From NCBI GenBank assembly GCA_951406725.2, contig OX597818.1, positions 134,354,001 through 134,418,000 on the forward strand: a stretch of DNA of 64,000 nucleotides. Direction: 5' to 3'. The notes under the pieces are model-generated. The model worked only from the letters and a program-made list of their open reading frames with translations. It was not told the DNA's origin and did no database searches. The position numbers and the translations under genes were made by a program. Of the stretch, positions 53,692 to 64,000 are shown one piece after another. Positions within the stretch are counted from its first letter, which is position 1. Each line of letters opens with the position of its first letter. Origin of the DNA: Octopus vulgaris. Lineage: Eukaryota.

Positions 53692-54068
53692 TGGAAGCAC
53701 TCCGTCGGTTACGACGATGAGGGTTCCGGTTGATCCGAATCAACGGAACAGCCTGCTCGTGAAATTAACGCGTAAGTGGCTGAGCACTCCACAGACACGT
53801 GTACCCTTAACGTAGTTCTCGGGGATATTCAGCGTGACACAGAGAGTGACAAGGCCGGCCCCTTGAAATACAGGTACAACAGAAACAGGAAGTAAGAGAA
53901 AGTTGTGGTGAAAGAGTACAGCAGGGATCACCACCATCTCCTGTCGGAGCCTCGTGGAGCTTTAAGTGTTTTCGCTCAATAAACACTCACAACGCCCGGT
54001 CTGGGAATCGAAACCGCAATCCTACGACCGCGAGTTCGCTGCCCTAACCACTGGGCCATTGCGCCTCC
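53692..54068 (-). mobile_element. SINE-A
   Basis: Full-length copy. Confidence 0.92.
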
Positions 54069-54222
54069 ACCATATGTATGCATATTTTGAATGTGTATGT
54101 GTGTGTTGGTACTCACACGCATTTGTTTGTATAAATGTATGTATACATGTGCAAATTTGTTTGCGTGCATATGTGTGAGTATTTGTTTGTAGCCGTTTTA
54201 AGAGTCAGAGTCAGAGTAGTGT

Positions 54223-54532
54223 GAAGGCGCGTGGATTAGTGGTTAAGGTATTCGGTTCATGATCGTAAGGTCGTGAGTTCAATTCCCGGCAACGCGTAGT
54301 GTCCTTGAGCAAGACATTTTATATCACGTTGCCCCAGTCTACTCAGCTGGCAAAAATGAGTAGTACTTGTATTTCAAAGGACTAGCTTTGTCACACTGAA
54401 TCTCCCTGAGAACTACGTTAAGGGTATACGTGTCTGTGGAATGCTCAGCCACTTGCACGTTGATTTCACAAGCAGACTGTCCCGTTGATCGGATCAACTG
54501 GAACCCTCGTCGTCGTAACCGACGGAGTGCCA
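54223..54532 (+). mobile_element. Older SINE, different body, SINE-A tail
   Basis: Body tgtccttgagcaagac...ctcagctggcaaaaatgag joined to tgtatttcaaagg...ccgacggagtg. Confidence 0.75.
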
Positions 54533-54573
54533 ATCAGAGTAGAAAGGATAATGTCTATGACGGCGATAATGTT

Positions 54574-54984
54574 AAGGTGGCGAGCTGGCAGAAACGTTAG
54601 CTCGCCGGGCGAAATGCTTAACAGTATTTCGTCTGCCGTTACGTTCTGAGTTCAAATTCCGCCGAGGTCGACTTTGCCTTTCATCCTTTCGGGGTCGATT
54701 AAATAAGTACCAATTACGCACTGAGGTCGATATAATCGACTTAATACCTATGTCTGTCTTTGTTTGTCCGCTCTGTGTTTAGCCCCTTGTGGGTAGTAAA
54801 GAAATAGGTATTTCGTCTGCCGCTACGCTCTGAGTTCAAATTCCACCGAGGTTGACTTTACCTTTCATCCTTTCGGGGTCGATTGAATAAGTACCAGTTA
54901 CGCACTGGGGTCGATATAATCGACTTAATCCGTTTGTCTGTCCTTGTTTATCCCCTCTGTGTGTAGCCCCTTGTGGGCAGTAAA
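54574..54984 (+). mobile_element. SINE-B dimer
   Basis: Head plus 2 units. Confidence 0.88.
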
Positions 54985-56393
54985 GGATGAAGAAAGGATA
55001 ATGTCCATGACCCTGTGCAGGGGCTCCGAGATTGGTTCGCGGAAGGTATCCTTAGACTGGAGGGCTGGTCCTAATGCTTACAATAGAGTGGACTCCGTTA
55101 TAGTACCCAGGGGCAACTTGTGATGGTAAACTGGGTGACGGATTAAGTGTGTTTATGTATGAGTGTACGTATGTGCGCGCTCGCGTGAGTGTTTGCGTGT
55201 GCATTGGTAGACTAAAAATACTTAATGCCAATTATGCATACTATATTTGGTTTTTATTTTCTAAGAAAAAAAATACATTATTAATATACGTAAGACTCTA
55301 AAATGTTAAAAAATAGTATTAATTGCGACAATCAAAATATGAGTTAGTAATCGATAAGAATTAATTAAATGTTACTGTTTTCTTTAAATTTTGCGGTTTG
55401 TTTTATTCTGGTCCTTATATATAACGATTATATGATTCTTAATTTGAAAATTACACATAAGCTAACAAAGATTCAAAGCTATTCATTGTGATACTGCCTG
55501 CAAATTCCAACAGGATCTGAGATAATTTCGTAACAGTTCTTCTTGCCCATAACACGGCTCATTTCATTAACTGGAATCTTTGGTGCTAAGTAAGAATGAA
55601 AAAGAAGTTATTGGTTAACAGATTATTGTTAATTAAAATAAAAGTAATATTCATATTAAAACATGTACAAGGTTCAAATTCCATATATTTTATTAGAAAC
55701 AATGGTCGGGATGGTTGGCTGGCTGGATAGATATGCTTATCTATATCTATAAGTCTCATGTTTGTCCAGAAACCAAATCTTCTTGGGAGCCCTACAAGAA
55801 GCTTGCACTATGCTAGAATACCTTACAGGGTCCGATTGGTTTATAATCCTAAAATATTCAAGTTTTATGTTCTATAAATTGGACTGATAATTTTTATAAT
55901 GTTTGAGTGTATTTCAGATCTGATAAAAATTAGCTGCCCGATTCATAAAACATAATACCATATTGTTTTAGAGGCATAAATTAATTTAAGAATAAGAATA
56001 ATTTCTTTTCTATATTCTGGTATATTTGGAACTATGTACTGACTTTTCGAAAATATAATTTTTTTTATTAAGGAATTTTAATATCGACAACTTTCAAACA
56101 TGCACTATCTGTGTAATTTGTTTAAAATATGATTGTTTCCCAGTATTGTTACAGATTTTGTAGACCACTTTAAGGAAACATAACTTAATATACACTGGCC
56201 AAAATAAGTTTAAAAGTGATGACGATAGTTCTATTCCTTCATTAATTTATTTTTAACAAAACTATATAAAATTATTGTTGTATTTAGGAATGGTCATTTT
56301 GCCAGTTTAGCCAATAAAAACACACGCACTATATATTTGGTGTTACTTTGCTTCAGTGTTATTTATTTTTTACATTAATCTTAATCTTATTTC

Positions 56394-56438
56394 GGCCAGA
56401 GTTCTTTCGTCACACTCCTGTGACCGCATCAGTGGTCC
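56394..56438 (-). ncRNA. Hammerhead-like motif within a ~220-bp insertion in the Tc1 TIR
   Basis: ggacca-CTGATGC-g-gtcac-aggagt-gtgac-GAAA-gaac-TC-tggcc (A9 to C). Confidence 0.55.
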
Positions 56439-56810
56439 TTTGTTTTCTTCTTACTTATTTGTGTCTCTCTTTACTAACTGTCAGCCATTTTGTATTATTT
56501 TACTTTTTACAATATATGTAGAATTTTTTCTCTTTCGAATGATATAGGCGTTATATATCCTTCTTCAATTTTAATAATTTTAATGAGCAATTAATAGAAA
56601 TGATTAAAAATTGTCGGCAAAATAAGTTGAAGACCGTACCAACATTATTTTGTTTAAATTGGAAATTTACGGCACAAATGATCAACAAACAAAATATTAT
56701 TATTAGTATCTGGTTCCATAGCCATTATTTTCAATTACGGCCTAAAAACGGTGGGACATGGAAGTTCGACAAATGAGCACAAAAATCACTTGGAATGTTC
56801 TGCCATATTT

Positions 56811-57031
56811 TTTATACTCTTTTATACTCTTTTACTTGTTTCAGTCATTTGACTGCGGCCATACTGGAGCACCGCCTTTAGTCGAGCAAATCGACCCGGG
56901 ACTTATTCTTTGTAAGCCCAGTACTTATTCCATCGGTCTCTTTTGCCGAACCGCTAAGTGACGGGGACGTAAACACACCAGCATCAGTTGTCAAGCAATG
57001 CTAGGGGGAACAAACACAGGCACACAAACAT

Positions 57032-57091
<60 letters not shown>

Positions 57092-57254
57092 GACAGGCTT
57101 CTTTCAGTTTCCGTCTACCAAATCCACTCACAAGGCATTGGTCGGCCCGAGGCTATAGCAGAAGACACTTGCCCAAGATGCCACGCAGTGGAACTGAACC
57201 CGGAACCATGTGGTTGGTAAGCAAGCTACTTACCACACAGCCACTCCTGCGCCT
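56811..57254 (-). mobile_element. SINE-C nested in Tc1
   Basis: Family motifs. Confidence 0.9.
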
Positions 57255-60218
57255 ATATTTCTTCAATAAAATTATATAATTGGGACCAATTTGTTGGTTT
57301 TTTTAGCCTGAACTATTTCAGAAACATAATTCCATAAATTTCTGTCGGATTCAAATCCGGGCTCTGCAAAGGCCACTCAATTGCCACCATATTATTGCGC
57401 TCAAAGTATTGCAAAACTTTCCTGGCCTTATGAACGGAGCGACTGTCCTGATGGAAAATAGATCCCGGTGGCCTCTGATTATTTGAATATGGCAGCATAT
57501 TTTCATTTACTAATTGCAGATAACTTACACTGTTCAGTCGGCCATCAGCCTTAACAACTGGACCAGCACCTAAGCTGTTAAACGCGGTCCACACCATTAC
57601 CCCGCCACCACCTACCGCTTGCGCCGTTTTTTTTTTTGACACACTTAGGATAGAATTCTTCAGTTGGACGACGTCTAACATAAGTCATTCCGTCTGATCC
57701 AAAGATGCAGAAGCAGGATTCGTCGCTCCAAAGAACTTTTGATCAGTCTTTGGCCCTCCATTCAATGTGGCTTTTAGCTTACTTGATCTGCTTCCGCTGG
57801 TTCGTCTCAGAAATTATCGGCTTCTTTGGAGCGATCCGGCCGAACAGTCCAAATTCTTTTAGGCGGTTTCTGACAGTTTGTGGTGTAAATCTGCTGTCAG
57901 TTTCATCAGATAATTGCTTGTAAATGTCCACTGCTGTTAGCATTCGGTTACATTCAGAGAGCCTATGAATTCGCCGATCCATCTGTACTGTTGCTTTTCT
58001 CGGAGCGCCCGTTCTTTGCCGATCTTTGTATTGGCCAGTGGCTTGGTAAAGCTTCCATGCTTGAACACAAGCCGTTTTGAAACATCCTAATTACTTCTTA
58101 ATGTTCATGAATGACACATTTTGCTTATGAAGCAACACGATATTTGATTTCGTAACTGGGCTGATACTACGACACTTTCACGTAGCGAATTAATGCGTAA
58201 CAATGCTTGATTATTAAACAAAACAGTGCAGTACGACCAGCCATATGATCACCCATTTGGGTTATTAATTTGCATAATCTTGGAATGGTCTTAAACTTAT
58301 TTTGCCGACAATTTCTAATCATTTCAATTAATTGTGCATTAAAATTATTCAAATTGTAGAAAGATATATAACGCCTATATCATTCGAAAGAGGAAAAAAT
58401 TCTACATAAACTGTAAAAAGTAAAATAATTTTATACAGTTTTGTTTAAAATATATTAATTAATGAAGAAATAGAACTGTCATAATCGGTCTTAAAATTAT
58501 TTTGGCCAGTATATATAAATGTAAATGTGACACAAGGAAAGAATGAACAATTTTCTTCTTCCGTGATATTTGAAACTATACACTCGCCTTTTGAATATGA
58601 TTTTTAGGTTAGGAATTTTAGAAACTAATTTTAGTAATTTTAGTAAACTCTGCCAAATATAACAAAGATCTGATCGTCATTAAAATTACTGTGATCTTAA
58701 GACATGTGGTTCCAGTACGAATTGTAGCTACAACTTTCAACCAAAATATTCTTTGGGTAACCTGCTAGGACGTTCATTAACTGGAAGAGTATATCCACAA
58801 AAGATATATTGTTTTTGGTTTCAGATAGTAAAAAGAATAACGTATACAAGAATCAAACAGCTGGTGACTTTTAACTCGCGAGAGAAAGTTTTCAGGTGTA
58901 ACAGACAAAACTTTATGATCAACCAAATTTTCACAAAAGTCCATTTTCCTAAACAGATTGCTATTACTCTGGCCTCACCGGGAATTGCTGCAACTTTGCT
59001 CACAAGTGGTAAGATTGCTCATTCTTATTTTAAACTCTCACTCAACCTTATATACAATAATAGCGCTGTGTGCAATATTAGCAAAAATCTGGACAGGCAA
59101 AGGCTCTGAAGCAGCTCAAGCTGAAAGATGTGAGTGCACAATCTCTCAAAGACTTGCATTTGAAGTTCTCAATCGCATCTTATAATATCTCAGAAGTAAC
59201 ATTAGCACCAAGGCTAGAGACACAGACTTGCTTTCTGGTGAGTTCAGGCAGACTCTGCCAGTCATTCCAAAGGGTATCCCTGCTGATGAGTGGAGAGCAT
59301 GCCTCAAAGAATTCTACAGAGACGGGAGATAAAACTTTCTCTTTTGACCAATATGAGAATTGCACCTAGAGAAATGTTTCAGTAACCCATTTAATACTGA
59401 GAGAAAGGATGTCAAAGTGCAAAAAGTTTGGGGCAATTTTCAACATATGTTAAGTTTATCCTAAACTCTCACAGAATTATAGAATCCAGCCTGAAACCCC
59501 AAAATGACACTGTGCATGATAGTAATGCCACTATAATTCAACAGGTACCAGTCCAATCCTGATGGCACATGTCAATTCGCACTGACATGTATTATCAGGA
59601 TTGACGATATTGCCAAATATATCACAAAGTTTCTTAATTCTCTTCAGTACACTGCTGTCCCTCTTTACAGACCGAAGCAAATTAGAAGCACCCGTTTTGT
59701 CGCCATGAAATTTGAATATACCGAAACTCTGTAACGGTACAAGACTAGCTATTGAATCTTTCATTCACCATATGATCAAAGCCACTATTATGACTGGTTG
59801 TTGAGCTAAGGGAGAAGATATTTTCATTCCACGTATTTCCTCGTCCCATCAAATATATTGTTTCAGTTTAAACGCCTTCAATTTCCAATGTCAATGCCTA
59901 TTTCTATGGCCACCAACAAATCTCAGGGACACCCCTCAGGGTTGCTGAAGTTAAATTGTCAAGTCTATGTTTAATCTCATAGTCAGCTCCATGTTGCAAG
60001 CTTATTTGTTGGGCCAAGCGGACATCTTTTCATCGGAGTGACAACCCGAAGATAAAACACATTGTCTATCGCCGAGCTTTTGCTGAATAAAGCACATTTT
60101 AAATCCGGATTGAAGATTCGGCTTGCCTGCAGGTTTGCCGCATGTTGAAAGGCAGTCGTCGAGCAAATATTATGGGATTTTTGGTTTTTGATTTTTTTTT
60201 TTAAGACTTAAAAATCTT

Positions 60219-60307
60219 AGAGAACCAAATATACGCCTTTAAGAGAACTAAATATACGCCTTTAGAGAACCAAATATACGCCTTTAGAGAACCAAATATA
60301 CGCCTTT
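60219..60307. repeat. 4 x 22-bp tandem repeat
   Basis: Unit agagaaccaaatatacgccttt. Confidence 0.9.
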
Positions 60308-60714
60308 AATGCTCTCTTCGAGAGCATTATCAAAGTGAAGTGAACTTGAGTAATCGAGTATCGAAACAGCGTTGGCTTGGATGTTAACTTCTGATCTACA
60401 CCACTCGATTTTACTAAACAGCAGCAGCTGGGGATAAAAACCGAAACTATTATATTTTGTAAAACCACGATTTACATAAAATTCTGTGCATAAAATTATT
60501 TTGCTTTTGGCTGTGAGAATATTTACAAATCTGTTTACATTCTGTTAAAATACAAACGACTCTGTTATCTCTCACTTTCTGCAGTTTCGCATAGATGTTT
60601 AAAATATCCGGTTGCTGAACAAGGCTGGGGGTATATAGTTAGTATTATAATAATAAACAGTCATGGGTATTTGGTGTCAGATATTATAAGACAGGGAGAA
60701 CAGGGCAAAACGGG

Positions 60715-60745
<31 letters not shown>

Positions 60746-61040
60746 GGTGGGAGAAATCCGAAATGTTAAAATATTTTTACAACATTTAGTTTTCTGCTTT
60801 TTAGTTTGATATTTTCATCTGTTAGTTTGAGAAGTTTTGAAATATATAATTGACCGAGATGTGAGATAAGATCTCACAAAAAGGTGGCATGAATCCCCGC
60901 CACGGGAGGTCAGCTGAACTTAAGCATTTATCAAACTAATATTAATCATTTACAAGTTCTGTTTGTTGTCTTTTTTCTGCATCACATAATTATATATAAT
61001 TAACTTCATTGTTTCCTACGTTGAGTATGTTAATGTTGGT

Positions 61041-61583
61041 GGAGGCGCAATGGCCCAGTGGTTAGGGCAGCGGACTCGCGGTCGTAGGATCGCGGTTTCG
61101 ATTCCCAGATGATATAGGTGTTATATATCCTTCTTCAATTTTAATAACTTTAATGAGCAATTAATTGAAATAATTAAAAATTGTCGGCAAAATAAGTTGA
61201 AGACCGTACCAACATTATTTTGTTTAAATTGGAAATTTACGGCACAAATGATCAAAAAACAAAAAAATGGCGTTGTGAGTGTTTATTGAGCGAAAACACC
61301 TAAAGCTCCACGAGGCTCCGGCAGGGGATGGTGGTGATCCCTGCTGTACTCTTTCACCACAACTTTCTCTCACTCTTACTTCCTGTTTCTGTTGTACCTG
61401 TATTTCAAAGGGCCGGCCTTGTCACTCTCTGTGTCACGCTGAATATCCCCGAGAACTACGTTAAGGGTACACGTGTCTGTGGAGTGCTCAGCCACTTACA
61501 CGTTAATTTCACGAGCAGGCTGTTTCGTTGATCGGATCAACCGGAACCCTCATCGTCGTAACCGACGGAGTGCTTCCATTCCA
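61041..61583 (+). mobile_element. SINE-A with a 159-bp Tc1-derived insert (61110-61268)
   Basis: The insert matches 56540-56695. TSD atgttaa(t/c)gtt. Confidence 0.92.
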
Positions 61584-61752
61584 TGTTAACGTTAACTGAA
61601 CCATTGTTTTTAATGTTCCATGAATTTATATGTTGATTCTAACATCGGTTGTTTTTCATGCGGTCGGCGTCACAGAGAAATTTGTTTTTCTACTTCATCT
61701 AACGCATACACGTGTACACTTTCTTAGAGATTCTTTCATTATTCTATAAGTA

Positions 61753-62136
61753 TGGAAGCACTCCGTCGGTTACGACGACGAGGGTTCCGGTTGATCCGAA
61801 TCAACGGAACAGCCTGCTCGTGAAATTAACGTGTGAGTGGCTGAGCATTCCACAGACACGTGTACCCTTAACGTAGTTCTCGGAGATATTCAGCGTGACA
61901 CAGAGAGTGACAAGGCCGGCCCTTTGAAATACAGGTACAACAGAAACAGGAAGTAAGAGTGAGAGAAAGTTGTGGTGAAAGAGTACAGCAGGGATCACCA
62001 CCATCCCCTGCCGGAGCCTCGTGGAGCTTTTAGGTGTTTTCGCTCAATAAACACTCACAAAGCCCGGTCTGGGAATCGAAACCGCGATCCTATGACCGCG
62101 AGTCCGCTGCCCTAACCACTGGGCCATTGCGCCGCC
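61753..62136 (-). mobile_element. SINE-A
   Basis: TSD ctataagta. Confidence 0.92.
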
Positions 62137-62286
62137 ACTCTATAAGTATATATGCTTAGTGAGTCTTCTTTTATTCTGTCAGTACAATGAAGTCTATGTT
62201 TTGCTAAGGAGATCTAATACAAACTAAACATGTTCGAAACTATCTTCTGTAGATTCCGTATTTAGACAATTAGTTAAAGACAATAT

Positions 62287-62497
62287 TGGTTTCACATTTT
62301 GGCACAAGGCCAGCAATTTCGGGGGACGGGGCAAGTCGATGACATCAACCCCAGAGCTCAACTGGTACTTATTTTACCCCGAAAGGATGAAAGGCAAGGT
62401 CGACCTCGGCGGATTTTGGACTCAGAACGTAAAGTCGAACGAAACACCTCTAAGCATTTTGTCCGGCATGCTAACGATTCTGCCAGCTCGCCGCCCT
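62287..62497 (-). mobile_element. Older SINE-B relative
   Basis: TSD ttagttaaagacaatat. Confidence 0.8.
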
Positions 62498-62579
62498 TAG
62501 TTAAAGACAATATCAATTTCTTTATTGCCCACAGGGGACCAAACAGAGATGGGACGATACAGATGAAGGAGAGGTCGAT

Positions 62580-64000
62580 TCTGATAAACAAAACAAATAC
62601 ACATACAATGAAGTGGGGCGGGTTTTGCCTCGACCTCGCAAGCCCCATGTAACCTTCAGTATAACCTTATGGATATACTATGTGGGTTCATTCATTTGCA
62701 ACAAACTCGCCACAGCCTTCCATCTTTTTCCATATACATCAGGTGACAGGCATTTTCTCTCCACCTTTATTTTCCTTTTAAGGTGGTAAATGAGGTAATG
62801 GATCAGTCCAAGGCTGGAGATGAAGGTGCCTATCACGATTCCTTTCACGCGGGTCTTCCATACCACTTCTTTCGCTACAGCGACCACAGCGAGAAAACAA
62901 GCCTTGCCTTCTTTGTTAAAAGAGGAAGGAGGAACAATCTTTACAATCGGCTCGGAAGACAGTTGTACTCTTCCCAGAGGTGACAGTAGATGTTCAATGT
63001 AAACCCACGTCTCAGAGATTTTGGGGCATTGCACAATTGCGTGCAGAACGATTTCCCCGTCCTGCTCGCATCTTGGGCACCTGGGTGAACAATGGGCACC
63101 ATGCCTTGCAAGTTTATCGCGAACTGGTAAGGCTCCTCGGTAACACTGCCAGGTCAGGGATTGTTGGAAGTTGTTGGGAGGCATCGTCTTGCTTCTCCAG
63201 ATGCCGAGCTGAAAACCGACTGATTTATCCTGGTTAACTTTTGCTCCTACCACTTCCTCGTAACCCTTAATGGCTTTGCCTACCCTCTGTAGATGTACCA
63301 TCTCGGACACGATGATGGTGATGTCATCCGTGTCGTGTACGCCGAAACCTTACTACTGCAACCTAGATCGTGTGGGACGCCCCTCAAGCCCTCTAACTTC
63401 CGCAGTAAGAGCTCCAGAGCCAACACATACAGAAGTGGGGAGATGGGACACCTTTGACGAACAGATCACTTGATGATGAACGGCTTGATGAAGAACCCAT
63501 TCACCCGAACGATCGAGACAACGTTGCTATCTAAAGACGGAAGACGGGGCCAAGCCCGAACGCTGCGAGGACCTACACCGGATATTGATGGTCAACCCTG
63601 TCAAAAGCTTTAGACCGGTCTAAATGGACCAGCGCCCCACCCTTGCCAGGAGACCCGTCAACCCTCTCTAGGGTGTAGCGCAGAAGGTGGAGAATGTCGT
63701 GTATGGATCTGCCAGGAACGGCACAAGTTTGTGCCTCCCCGACGATTCCACCCACGATATGCGCCAACCTTTCTGCTAACACCTTGACCAAAATCTTCAA
63801 CTCTGTGTTAAGCAGAGTGTTGGGCCTGAAATTATCTATAGCATCCCCCTTGTTTGGGTCCTCTCTAAACAGCGTCACCACTCCCTGGCTCACAGATCTG
63901 GGTATAAAACCATTCTGAAGACGCATGCCAGTAGGTGCCCAAACAAGTCTGGCGCACTGTTATAAATCTCATTGGGGAGACCATCTAGTCTCGGCGACTT
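62580..64000 (-). mobile_element. Tx1/L1-clade LINE ORF2 fragment (RT plus zf-RVT), disrupted, runs off the window
   Basis: KSPRLDGLPNEIY, NFRPNTLLNTELKIL, QTCAVPGRSI, LDRSKAFDRVDH and CPRC..E.VLH..VQC. Confidence 0.9.

Larger units (their letters stand above)
56193..58511 (-). mobile_element. Decayed Tc1-family transposon with IR/DR-type TIRs
   Basis: TA|cactggccaaaataa...ttattttggccagt. Inner repeat ggcaaaataagt. Transposase remnants TVRNRL..G, VLWSDES, GGGVMVW and WPLQSPDLNP at about 57290-58145. Confidence 0.9.

Overview
AT-rich, repeat-saturated eukaryotic DNA. It is most likely an octopus or other coleoid cephalopod, judged from recalled SINE families and (TA)n/(CA)n/(ATAC)n density; this was not verified by search. 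I can support no intact host gene. Almost every ORF in the track comes from microsatellites, SINEs or the satellite. Contents: three abundant tRNA-derived SINE families; eight non-autonomous Helitrons and one Helentron/DINE-like element; hAT and mariner MITEs; a decayed IR/DR Tc1; LINE fragments (RTE-like, two CR1/L2-group, Tx1/L1); a tRNA-Phe pseudogene; and a possible solo LTR. Most notable: (1) a 2.65-kb cassette of 22/23-bp satellite plus (TTAGGG)n replacing about 540 bp that survives in an inverted paralogue 5 kb away; (2) several Penelope-type minimal hammerhead ribozyme motifs, often inside fold-back palindromes, two with a CCGAAGA core; (3) headless SINE tandem arrays consistent with self-targeted insertion; (4) an excess of closely spaced inverted young-SINE pairs; (5) several locally templated insertions. 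Coordinates were read by eye and may be off by a few bases.
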